A stretch of DNA of 15,582 bases from a virus (Duplodnaviria > Heunggongvirae > Uroviricota > Caudoviricetes): IMG/VR virus record IMGVR_UViG_3300029888_000066; one strand, 5' to 3'. The translations under genes were made by a program, and so were the position numbers. Numbering within the stretch: position 1 is the stretch's first letter; the number at the start of each line of letters is the position of its first letter. This document shows, piece by piece, positions 1 to 7,047 of the stretch. Below the pieces are notes generated by a model. That model ran no database searches. It saw only the letters and a list, made by a program, of their open reading frames with translations, and was not told where the DNA came from.

Positions 1-366
1 GTCGAACTTAACCATGACAGCGTTCTGTACTTCAGGGGCCAGCTTGTCAAAAGTGACGTTCATCGGATCGGATTCAGTCTCAACCGGGACAAAAGAAGCA
101 GACTCCTCATCCCAGCGGTTTTCCTGCATATATTCAGCATCCCATGAATCGAGGGCAGGGCGGGGTATGCCAGGTTTATCCTCGCAGACAATAAATTTAT
201 AAGCGCAGTCCTGAGCAGCCGGATAATGTTCCAGGAACTGCCAGTGAAATTTTGCTCGAGCACGGCGTTCGTCGCCAGCTTCAATGGCTGTGGCTACAGC
301 CACAGCGCCTTCTTCCCTTGTTGCCAGTTCGTCAGGAATAGCGGCGCAAATAAAGACTTTACTCAT
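1..366 (-). CDS. Prophage protein, 5' part only (N-terminal 122 codons; gene runs past the window start); sits in the position after ydfD
   Basis: Reverse-strand ATG at 366-364 with GAGGT Shine-Dalgarno about 9 nt upstream; frame open to the window edge; translation begins MSKVFICAAIPDELATREEG. Function not recognised. Confidence 0.6.
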   Translation of the reverse strand, partial: MSKVFICAAIPDELATREEGAVAVATAIEAGDERRARAKFHWQFLEHYPAAQDCAYKFIVCEDKPGIPRPALDSWDAEYMQENRWDEESASFVPVETESDPMNVTFDKLAPEVQNAVMVKFD

Positions 367-459
367 TTTGTTTTAACCTCATGACAGATTTAAGGATGAA
401 CAAATCCCTGCCATTGCTGGCATATAAGAATGAAACCGGATATTTATTACGGAACTGTT

Positions 460-651
460 TTAAAGACCTGCCGGGATTTCGATATTATCCTGGTGAATAA
501 CTTTATCGACCGGGTAACAGTTACCGGGAATTTTCTGTTCGGTTGCTGCAGTCATACACTCCTGCATTGTCCTGTGAACACTGACTGCAATATCAACTGG
601 CACTCCGGAAACAAGAAAAACTGTCAGAACAAGCGCAAATGCTGAATTCAT
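460..651 (-). CDS. ydfD: YdfD-like small prophage protein, 63 aa
   Basis: Start ATG overlaps the dicB stop in an ATGA arrangement, as recalled for dicB-ydfD; translation MNSAFALVLTVFLVSGVPVD...; is the in-frame tail of ORF 460..705. Confidence 0.6.
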   Translation of the reverse strand: MNSAFALVLTVFLVSGVPVDIAVSVHRTMQECMTAATEQKIPGNCYPVDKVIHQDNIEIPAGL

Positions 652-836
652 TGTGCACATCCTTTTGGCATCAGACGTAAACGAGCCAGCATTGAAACAA
701 TGCATATTTTATTTAATAGCTCCCGTTCTTGTTTTCTCTTGTTAATGGCATCTTCAGTAAATACAGGGTTACTGATAGTGACACCAATTTCAAAACAACC
801 TTCAGACGTATTAACGTTTGGTAATAACGTTTTCAT
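648..836 (-). CDS. dicB: Cell-division inhibitor DicB, 62 aa
   Basis: Last 62 codons of ORF 648..941 translate to MKTLLPNVNTSEGCFEIGVTISNPVFTEDAINKRKQERELLNKICIVSMLARLRLMPKGCAQ, which I recognise as DicB; GAGGA Shine-Dalgarno 7 nt upstream of this ATG. Confidence 0.85.
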   Translation of the reverse strand: MKTLLPNVNTSEGCFEIGVTISNPVFTEDAINKRKQERELLNKICIVSMLARLRLMPKGCAQ

Positions 837-1005
837 TATCGCGTCCTCAACAATGAATTTTGTGATGCAGTGCCTGGTGCCTCCAGGTGACGTTAACCAG
901 TTAACAATTAACGTCGGATACAGAGAATCCACCCATAACACTGTTTTTGGTTTTAACTGTTCCGCGTGCGCTTAGCCGTATTCACCGCATCACAAAATTC
1001 ACTTT

Positions 1006-1063
1006 AAAAAGGGCGGCAGAGCAGTCACGGAGTAAAACTGATACCGCCAAACGTCACCAGAAA
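1006..1063 (-). ncRNA. dicF: DicF small RNA (ftsZ-targeting sRNA of the dicB operon)
   Basis: Reverse complement reads TTTCTGGTGACGTTTGGCGGTATCAGTTTTACTCCGTGACTGCTCTGCCGCCCTTTTT, matching the DicF sequence as I recall it, ending in a GC stem plus U-run; lies between the ydfB/C-position ORF and dicB on the operon strand. Ends approximate. Confidence 0.75.
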
Positions 1064-1322
1064 ATTGATAACAGAGGGCGTTGCAGCGGGGTTGTCACTT
1101 AAGCGTATGGTCAACCTGACAACCCGGTGTCCTCAACGGGGAAGGAATAACCCCGCCATACTTACCGCCGCGCCATTTTGCGGGTTGCCACAACCGGAAG
1201 CGCACGGTCGAATTAAATTTAACGACACCGTACAGTGAGACGAACTTCGCCGTGCGCTTTCGTGTTGTGTGCCTGCTTTTAACCACGTCAGGCGAGGTGG
1301 TATCCTTAAAATCACCACAGTT

Positions 1323-1898
1323 TTAAGGATTCATTAAGCAATGTCGCAACCACCAATAAATCCGCTTAAGAACATGAAAATTGATTACTGGTATAAAGCT
1401 CTTACAGTTGTTGGCGCTGCGTTGTTTGTCTTTAATGGAACGTCTTTTTTTGACAGATATCCCGTTGTTCCATTGGGTTTTTTGTCCTCCGGCATCTTTT
1501 TTATTGGTTTGGGGGAGTGGATTAATCACCCTCTCATAGTGAGATTTATTGGTCCTGGAGTTTGGACTCGTGGATATAATCGTTCTTCGTGCGCACTCGG
1601 TATCATCTTCGACATACTTGGTTGTTTCCTGATTGTTACAGGAGTCGTCAAGTTCTTCTGATGTAAAACCGCAAATGGGGCACGTAACGGGAATTTTGAA
1701 AAGCGTTTCTCCGGGTTCCAGAACAAAATTTTCTGCGGTCTGATTTTGCTTCTCATATTTGTGCTCCGCGTCATTGTGAGAGCACATTCTTATTCTGAGT
1801 GCCTGTTTAAACTCACTGAAGCTGAGAGCTTCTTCGCCTTCGGCAAGGCCTTCGAAGTATTCTTCGTAAGCCTTTTCCATGATTGTGTCGAAATCCAT
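1323..1898 (-). CDS. ORF in the ydfB/ydfC position of the dicB operon; 5' third looks coding, 3' extent uncertain
   Basis: ATG at 1898-1896 lies 1 nt after the ydfA stop with AGGTGAG upstream; begins MDFDTIMEKAYEEYFEGLAEGEEAL; frame stays open for 191 codons but the distal half is low-complexity and overlaps a plus-strand ORF. Confidence 0.4.
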   Translation of the reverse strand: MDFDTIMEKAYEEYFEGLAEGEEALSFSEFKQALRIRMCSHNDAEHKYEKQNQTAENFVLEPGETLFKIPVTCPICGFTSEELDDSCNNQETTKYVEDDTECARRTIISTSPNSRTNKSHYERVINPLPQTNKKDAGGQKTQWNNGISVKKRRSIKDKQRSANNCKSFIPVINFHVLKRIYWWLRHCLMNP

Positions 1899-1899
1899 A

Positions 1900-2055
1900 T
1901 CACTCACCTGAGTTTCTTTCCAGCCAGCGACGGGCACCATTTTCGGTTTTAAACGTTTTGCTTTTGGTATACGTCATCGCGGTGAACGTGCCGTCCTGGT
2001 TTGGAAACACGCCGTACACCAGAGATTCGTTGTTGCCAAGATCGATAGTATCCAT
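1900..2055 (-). CDS. ydfA: YdfA-like small protein, 51 aa
   Basis: Internal start of ORF 1900..2133; GAGGT 5 nt upstream; translation MDTIDLGNNESLVYGVFPNQDGTFTAMTYTKSKTFKTENGARRWLERNSGE; first gene after dicA on the same strand. Confidence 0.6.
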   Translation of the reverse strand: MDTIDLGNNESLVYGVFPNQDGTFTAMTYTKSKTFKTENGARRWLERNSGE

Positions 2056-2135
2056 GCTGACCTCATTTCCCCTTAACGCTGGGGTAGCGGAACTGTTTGC
2101 TGAGAACACCGTGCGGTGTGTTGATGCAAACAAGA

Positions 2136-2185
2136 TTAGCCATGACTAACATATCGGTCAAGTGATTTTGTATGCTATAGCTAAC
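2136..2185. promoter_or_regulatory. Candidate DicA operator and promoter region for the ydfA-dicF-dicB operon
   Basis: Near-palindrome TTAGCCATGACTAA at 2136-2149 and TAGCTAAC at about 2177-2185 share the TTAG..CTAA half-sites seen between dicA and dicC; located between the dicA stop and ydfA start. Confidence 0.4.
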
Positions 2186-2221
2186 ATAATTGATGTGGTA
2201 AAAGATAACTCATTGATGATG

Positions 2222-2629
2222 TTATCTTTTATTTGTCCGCTGACGGGCTTTTAGTAATTCTTCAAAGAGTTTATTGAAGTTTTTTACTCGAGCTCGCATT
2301 TCGGCGAGCTGGGTATTCTGTTCTGATTCTGGCAGTGCATTAAACAGCTCAAGGAGCTCTAGTTCTTTGGGGGATAAGGCAACTGGCTTCTCAACAGGTG
2401 GTGTTGGTTGCTTGTCTTCATCGCCAAATAGAATCCATGTTGGTGAGCATTGCAATACTTTGCTGAGGGCAAAAAGGTTCTTCCCTGTAGGTTCACTATC
2501 ACCCCGTTCCCATTGTGATACAGACACATGGGAGATTTTCAGGGCTTTAGCAAGAGACCTTTGGGTGTGTTTGAGGTTTTTCCGACGATACCTGATGCGT
2601 TCGCCGATAGTTAAATTTTTTGTTTCCAT
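2222..2629 (-). CDS. dicA: Repressor DicA (XRE-family HTH, cI-like), 135 aa
   Basis: ORF translation METKNLTIGERIRYRRKNLKHTQRSLAKALKISHVSVSQWERGD..., recognised as DicA; divergent from dicC. Confidence 0.9.
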   Translation of the reverse strand: METKNLTIGERIRYRRKNLKHTQRSLAKALKISHVSVSQWERGDSEPTGKNLFALSKVLQCSPTWILFGDEDKQPTPPVEKPVALSPKELELLELFNALPESEQNTQLAEMRARVKNFNKLFEELLKARQRTNKR

Positions 2630-2712
2630 AGTTAGCTAATGCTAAATCGTATTGACTATGTTTTTGTTAACATCTATCTTGTTAGTTATGACTAACAATA
2701 AAGGTGTTTTAA
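2630..2712. promoter_or_regulatory. dicA/dicC divergent control region with two palindromic operator candidates and a rightward promoter
   Basis: TTAGCTAATGCTAA at 2632-2645 and GTTAGTTATGACTAAC at 2681-2696; TTGACT at 2652-2657, 17-nt spacer, TATCTT at 2675-2680 reading toward dicC. Confidence 0.5.
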
Positions 2713-2943
2713 ATGCTTAAAACTGACGCTCTTTTGTATTTCGGTTCAAAAACAAAACTTGCACAAGCAGCAGGTATTCGTTTGGCTTCGCTTTATAGCT
2801 GGAAAGGGGATTTAGTTCCCGAAGGTCGCGCGATGCGTCTACAGGAGGCATCTGGCGGGGAGCTTCAGTATGATCCCAAAGTTTATGATGAATATCGTAA
2901 GACGAAGCGGGCGGGGCGGTTGAACAATGAAAATCACTCCTGA
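2713..2943 (+). CDS. dicC: Cro-like regulator DicC, 76 aa
   Basis: ORF translation MLKTDALLYFGSKTKLAQAAGIRLASLYSWKGDLVPEGRAMRLQEASGGELQYDPKVYDEYRKTKRAGRLNNENHS, recognised as DicC. Confidence 0.85.
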   Translation: MLKTDALLYFGSKTKLAQAAGIRLASLYSWKGDLVPEGRAMRLQEASGGELQYDPKVYDEYRKTKRAGRLNNENHS

Positions 2944-3448
2944 ACAGGCTCGTGAGGCTCTGGATGCCTGGATATGTCGACCAGGAATGACACAGGAGCA
3001 GGCGACGATATTAATCACTGAAGCATTCTGGGCTTTGAAAGAGCGCCCGAACATCGATGTTCAGCGTGTCACATATGAAGGTGGCGCGATTGATCAGCGA
3101 GCGCTTGGCGTTAATCGAGTGAAGATATTTGAACGCTGGAAGGCTATCGACACCAGGGATAAGCGTGAAAAGTTCACGGCGCTAGTGCCTGCAATTATGG
3201 AGGCTATCCGGATTAATGATTTCAGGTTGTATCGTAAAATTACTGACGGAAAAAGCATCACGTGCATGATCGCCGGGTTAAACAAAGAATATGGCGATGT
3301 GGTGGAGTCCGGACTGCTTTTTGCTGATCCTGCCGTAGTGGATCGTGAAACTGACGAACTTATAGAAAAAGCAATTGCTTTCAAACTTGCGTATCGACAG
3401 CAATACCAACAAAAAGCTGGATGGAATTATGAGCCTTCTTTTTGCTGA
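2927..3448 (+). CDS. Hypothetical 173-aa protein in the position after cro (possible CII-like or YdaT-like regulator)
   Basis: ATG inside the last codons of dicC (coupled arrangement); product begins MKITPEQAREALDAWICRPG; functional call is by position only. Confidence 0.55.
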   Translation: MKITPEQAREALDAWICRPGMTQEQATILITEAFWALKERPNIDVQRVTYEGGAIDQRALGVNRVKIFERWKAIDTRDKREKFTALVPAIMEAIRINDFRLYRKITDGKSITCMIAGLNKEYGDVVESGLLFADPAVVDRETDELIEKAIAFKLAYRQQYQQKAGWNYEPSFC

Positions 3449-4394
3449 ACGCCCACTGGTTATAAACACGCAGCTGGCAATGAAAATTGGCTTAAACGAA
3501 GCCATTGTTTTGCAACAACTGCACTACTGGTTGAGAGATACCAACTCCGGCATGGAATGTGATGGTGTTCGCTGGATTTATAACACAACGGAACAATGGC
3601 TGGAACAGTTCCCATTCTGGTCAGAGTCAACGTTAAAGCGCGCGTTTGCAAGTCTGAAAACGCTGGGGCTTTTGCGTTGTGAAAAGCTCAATAAATCAAA
3701 GCGCGATATGACCAATTTCTACACGATCAACTATGGGAGCGAGCTTTTAGATGGTGGCAAATTGAGCGAATCCATCGGTTCAAAATGCGCCGCTCCATCA
3801 GGTCAAAATGACACGATGGAAGAGGTCAAAATGAAACGCTCCATTGGTTCAAAACGACCCAATGTCATCGGGTCAAAATGGCCTGATGATCTTACAGAGA
3901 ATACAACAGAGATTACTACAGAGAATAAAAACACTTTTCGTCCGGAAGCTTCGCAACCGGACCCGCAGACGACTGAACAGGATTTTTTAACCCGGAACTC
4001 CGACGCGGTTGTGTTTAGTGCGAAAAAACGCCAGTGGGGTAGCAGGGAGGATTTGGCGTGTGCGCAGTGGATCTGGGGGCGGATCGTGGGTCTCTACGAA
4101 CAGGCAGCCAGTGATGATGGCGAGATCATGCGACCAAAAGAGCCTAACTGGACTGCCTGGGCCAATGACGTGCGCACAATGCGGATGCTGGATGGCAGAA
4201 GCCACAGACAAATTTGCGAAATGTTTGGTCGGGTTCAGCGAGATCCATTCTGGGTAAAAAACATCATGAGCCCGTCAAAGCTCCGCGAAAAATGGGACGA
4301 ACTGGTCATCCGCCTGGGACGTTCACCTGTACAGCGTTGTGTTAATCATATTTCTGAACCGGATACAGAAATTCCGCCTGGTTTCAGAGGATAA
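3429..4394 (+). CDS. Replication initiator, lambda O-like (N-terminal winged-helix-like region, iterons inside the gene)
   Basis: Frame of ORF 3375..4394; preferred start ATG 3429 (MSLLFAERPLVINTQLAMKIGLNEAIV), with TTG 3375 as an alternative; five direct repeats inside the coding sequence as in lambda O/ori. Confidence 0.6.
   Translation: MSLLFAERPLVINTQLAMKIGLNEAIVLQQLHYWLRDTNSGMECDGVRWIYNTTEQWLEQFPFWSESTLKRAFASLKTLGLLRCEKLNKSKRDMTNFYTINYGSELLDGGKLSESIGSKCAAPSGQNDTMEEVKMKRSIGSKRPNVIGSKWPDDLTENTTEITTENKNTFRPEASQPDPQTTEQDFLTRNSDAVVFSAKKRQWGSREDLACAQWIWGRIVGLYEQAASDDGEIMRPKEPNWTAWANDVRTMRMLDGRSHRQICEMFGRVQRDPFWVKNIMSPSKLREKWDELVIRLGRSPVQRCVNHISEPDTEIPPGFRG
3771..3880 (+). repeat. Five iterons (consensus about TCCATCGGTTCAAAATG) at 23-24 bp spacing: candidate phage replication origin
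   Basis: Copies start at 3771, 3794, 3817, 3840 and 3864; they encode the repeated SIGSK/IGSK peptide; followed at 3893-3928 by three TACAGAGAATA-like repeats in an AT-richer stretch. Confidence 0.7.
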
Positions 4395-4434
4395 ATGTTG
4401 ATTTCAGGTCATGAGGTAATTTTAAGGGGGACTT

Positions 4435-4854
4435 GTGGCAAAAGTTTTTACACAAGAAGAGCGGGAAAAAATTAAATGGCAGGTGGTGGAACTCGTGCGC
4501 CAGAGCGGCCGTGAGACGTTACGGCAACTGGAAGCTAAAACAGGTGCGACTAGATATCTGATGAGCGTTCTTGCCAGAGAGCTGGTAGCCAGTGGCGATG
4601 TATACAACTCCGGCTACGGGTTATTCCCCTCTGAACAGGCGCGTAAGGACTGGCAAAACGCCCGCAAAAAACTCTCGAGGGCAAAGGTGAAGAAACCTGC
4701 TGTGGTTGATCCGGACCTTATCTGGTCATCACCTGACGGAGAAATACGTCGCTACGACAGTCGTCTAAACATAATCTGTCGCGAGTGCCGGAAGGCAAGG
4801 AGAAGCAGGCTATTGTTAACACCAAGCTGTAATGTCCCCTTTGAACCATTCTAA
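4435..4854 (+). CDS. Hypothetical 139-aa protein after the O-like gene; 3' end may be altered by the adjacent IS
   Basis: GTG start with AAGGGGG Shine-Dalgarno 6 nt upstream; MAKVFTQEEREKIKWQVVELVRQSGRETLRQLEAKTGATRYL; stop lies only 33 bp before the transposase gene. Confidence 0.5.
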   Translation: MAKVFTQEEREKIKWQVVELVRQSGRETLRQLEAKTGATRYLMSVLARELVASGDVYNSGYGLFPSEQARKDWQNARKKLSRAKVKKPAVVDPDLIWSSPDGEIRRYDSRLNIICRECRKARRSRLLLTPSCNVPFEPF

Positions 4855-6470
4855 AATGTCCCCAGACAATTCTCTGGGGGATTTTTCATGATCAAAGAGA
4901 CTGTTACGATGAGTCATAAGGAACTCCACCGACTTCAGATTATTCAGGAGTCAATTAATCGACATATTACTCAGGAACAAGCTGCGGCACGCATTGGCAT
5001 TTCTATTCGGCAGGTTAAACGTCTGGTGCAACGGTATAGAAATGAAGGGCCTTCTGGTCTGGTTTCCCACCGACGTGGAAAGCGTCCTAATAATTCCTTT
5101 TCTACTGAATTCAGAGCAACAGTAATTTCACTCCTCAAAGGCCGTTACGCTGATTTTGGACCTACGTTTGCGTGCGAAAAATTGCGCGAGATACACGGTT
5201 TATCTTTATCCGTTGAAACTCTCAGAAAGTGGATGATAGAAGAGGGGTTATGGCGTGAACGCCGTCGTAAAATTGCCCGTATATATCAACGCCGCATGCG
5301 ACGACCATCTTACGGTGAACTGATCCAGATTGATGGCTCACCTCATGACTGGTTTGAAAATCGAGGCCCCAGATGTACACTGATCGTTTTCATTGATGAT
5401 GCCACCAGTGCGTTGATGGCGTTGCGTTTTGTGCCTGCTGAAACAACCCGGGCTTACATGGAAACCCTCCGGGGTTACCTTAATGATCATGGCGTACCGC
5501 TCGCTCTCTACTCTGATAGACACAGTATATTCAGGGTAAATAACCCAGAGCGGGAAGGTGAGCTGACCCAGTTCACTCGTGCGATAAAGACACTGGGCAT
5601 CGAGCCAATCCATGCCAACAGCCCGCAGGCAAAAGGGCGGGTAGAGCGCGCCAATCAGACACTACAGGACAGGCTGGTCAAAGAAATGCGGCTTCAGAAT
5701 ATCAGTGATATTGAAACAGCAAATGCATGGTTGCCGACCTTTATTGAAGCCTATAACAAGCGGTTCGCTACGTCGCCTCGTACTACTGATAATGCTCATC
5801 TTGATGTGCACCATTCTGAAGAGGAACTGGGTTATATCTTCAGCCTACAGGCGAAGCGCGTTCTGTCTAAAAATCTCACTTTCCAGTACAAAAGCAGTGC
5901 GTTTCAGGTACGCAGTGAGGGCCGGGGATATCGACTTAGGCATTCGGTTGTTACTGTATGTGAGAACTTTGACGGTGAAATTAACGTTCTGTATGACGGG
6001 AAAGCGCTGGGCTGGGAAAAGTATGTTGATGGCCCGGAGCCTATACCACTGGATGATGAAAAGAGTGTCCATGAACGAGTGGATAATGCCCGTATTGATT
6101 TACGCTCAAAATACTATGTTAAATCTAAAGCTGACCATCCCTGGCTTACGCGCCGAACGCAAAGTCATCAGCAAGTTAAGCCCCCGAAGTTACCTAAAAA
6201 GAAGCCTGATCCCGATAAAATAGATTGAAACCAAGATCGATTCGGTTGAGTGCATATCCATTCATAGGGTAGATTCTTAAGTCGCGTTTCTGGTGTTCAT
6301 TTTCGGGTGGTTTGTTACTTGTTTTACCGGGGATATGCCAGAAACGCGCTGAGTCAGTCTGGGCGGTGCGCGTAATGAGGCGTTATGGTAAATAGCCTAT
6401 GCTAATGTCCGCTAAGAGCAAGAAGCGGAAGTTGGCAGTTTTGTGGACTGTCCCCACAAAAGTGACTACA
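4830..6470 (+). mobile_element. Insertion sequence carrying the DDE transposase; boundaries not resolved
   Basis: Transposase gene plus about 250 bp of non-coding 3' sequence; no clean terminal inverted repeats found by eye, so the ends are approximate. Confidence 0.35.
4888..6228 (+). CDS. DDE (rve-type) transposase, 446 aa, IS481/ISNCY-like with N-terminal HTH
   Basis: MIKETVTMSHKELHRLQIIQESINRHITQEQAAARIGISIRQVKRL (HTH), then an integrase-core pattern with candidate catalytic D (IQIDGSPHDW), D (YSDRHSIF) and E (ERANQTLQDRL); GGGGGA Shine-Dalgarno upstream. Confidence 0.85.
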   Translation: MIKETVTMSHKELHRLQIIQESINRHITQEQAAARIGISIRQVKRLVQRYRNEGPSGLVSHRRGKRPNNSFSTEFRATVISLLKGRYADFGPTFACEKLREIHGLSLSVETLRKWMIEEGLWRERRRKIARIYQRRMRRPSYGELIQIDGSPHDWFENRGPRCTLIVFIDDATSALMALRFVPAETTRAYMETLRGYLNDHGVPLALYSDRHSIFRVNNPEREGELTQFTRAIKTLGIEPIHANSPQAKGRVERANQTLQDRLVKEMRLQNISDIETANAWLPTFIEAYNKRFATSPRTTDNAHLDVHHSEEELGYIFSLQAKRVLSKNLTFQYKSSAFQVRSEGRGYRLRHSVVTVCENFDGEINVLYDGKALGWEKYVDGPEPIPLDDEKSVHERVDNARIDLRSKYYVKSKADHPWLTRRTQSHQQVKPPKLPKKKPDPDKID

Positions 6471-6631
6471 GAAATAGTTGCAATTCATAATTGATCATGG
6501 GTTGTCAGTTAAACTCGTGGCGATTTAAATAGACTAATTGGGAGTGCGTCCATTACTTATATCTTGTAATGTTAACTATCAGAAATGATACAAAGATAAT
6601 ATGTCTTTAAAGAAAAGGCTGATGGCGAAAA

Positions 6632-6650
6632 GTGGCCCGATGAGGGCCAC
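6632..6650 (-). terminator. Candidate intrinsic terminator of flxA
   Basis: Perfect 7-bp stem GTGGCCC/GGGCCAC with a 5-nt loop, 15 bp past the flxA stop, followed on the minus strand by TTTTCGCC. Confidence 0.5.
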
Positions 6651-6664
6651 AATACGGCTGTCAC

Positions 6665-6997
6665 TTAGACGTAAATATCAATGGTGCCAGCGGTATTTGT
6701 ATCGTCTTTTTTCTCTTCTTTTTTATCAGGCTGAACTGTCGCGTCTTTATTCTTTTTCTCTGCCTGCTGCCTTAACAACTGCTCCAGTTGAGCCCTGAGG
6801 CTTTCAATTTGCTTCTGTACCAATGCAGCCATTTCTTTTTTCTGCTGTGTCGTCATCCCCTCTTCCGATGAGATTTTCCCAAGCTTTTCAGTCAGCACCT
6901 GAATTTGTCTTGTGATTTTGGCTATTTCTGATGTTCCTTCCGGGGCGGAGTTGTTTGAAATAACGGTTGAGGTATTTCCCTGAATTGTGACAGACAT
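6665..6997 (-). CDS. flxA: FlxA (flagellar-regulon prophage protein), 110 aa
   Basis: Translation MSVTIQGNTSTVISNNSAPEGTSEIAKITRQIQVLTEKLGK..., recognised as FlxA; AGGAG Shine-Dalgarno upstream. Confidence 0.85.
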   Translation of the reverse strand: MSVTIQGNTSTVISNNSAPEGTSEIAKITRQIQVLTEKLGKISSEEGMTTQQKKEMAALVQKQIESLRAQLEQLLRQQAEKKNKDATVQPDKKEEKKDDTNTAGTIDIYV

Positions 6998-7020
6998 AGA
7001 TTTCTCCTTTTAAAAAAGCA

Positions 7021-7047
7021 CTATCGGCATGCACAAAAAAATCTTTA
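7021..7047 (-). promoter_or_regulatory. Sigma-28 (FliA) promoter for flxA
   Basis: On the minus strand, TAAAGA then a spacer then GCCGATAG, i.e. TAAA-N15-GCCGATA, matching the FliA consensus TAAA-N15-GCCGATAA; about 25-50 nt upstream of the flxA ATG. Confidence 0.6.

Noticed and set aside
14-645. Plus-strand ORFs 14..202 and 430..645
   Set aside because: They lie antisense to the better-supported minus-strand genes (the ydfE-position gene, ydfD and dicB), and have no ribosome-binding sites.
700-975. Plus-strand ORF 700..975 and the 97-aa N-terminally extended version of dicB (648..941)
   Set aside because: The plus ORF is antisense to dicB and its leader. The DicB extension lacks a ribosome-binding site, whereas the internal ATG has GAGGA and gives the 62-aa protein I recognise.
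1095-1318. Minus-strand ORFs 1095..1286 and 1133..1318
   Set aside because: They overlap each other in different frames inside the GC-rich structured leader upstream of DicF, have no ribosome-binding sites, and have basic low-complexity products.
2274-2639. Plus-strand ORF 2274..2639
   Set aside because: Antisense to dicA across its whole length.
3987-4257. ORFs 3987..4211 (minus) and 4009..4257 (plus) inside the O-like gene
   Set aside because: Embedded in, or antisense to, the long initiator frame; the G/R/S-rich composition is typical of off-frame artefacts.
5338-6223. ORFs 5338..5613 (minus), 5705..6223 (plus) and 5845..6072 (minus) within the transposase gene
   Set aside because: Alternative frames of the 446-aa transposase, which has clear HTH and DDE features.
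4800-6480. Terminal inverted repeats for the DDE-transposase IS
   Set aside because: Comparing 4800-4887 with the reverse complement of 6229-6480 gave no convincing inverted repeat, only short direct similarities, so I do not report specific IS ends.
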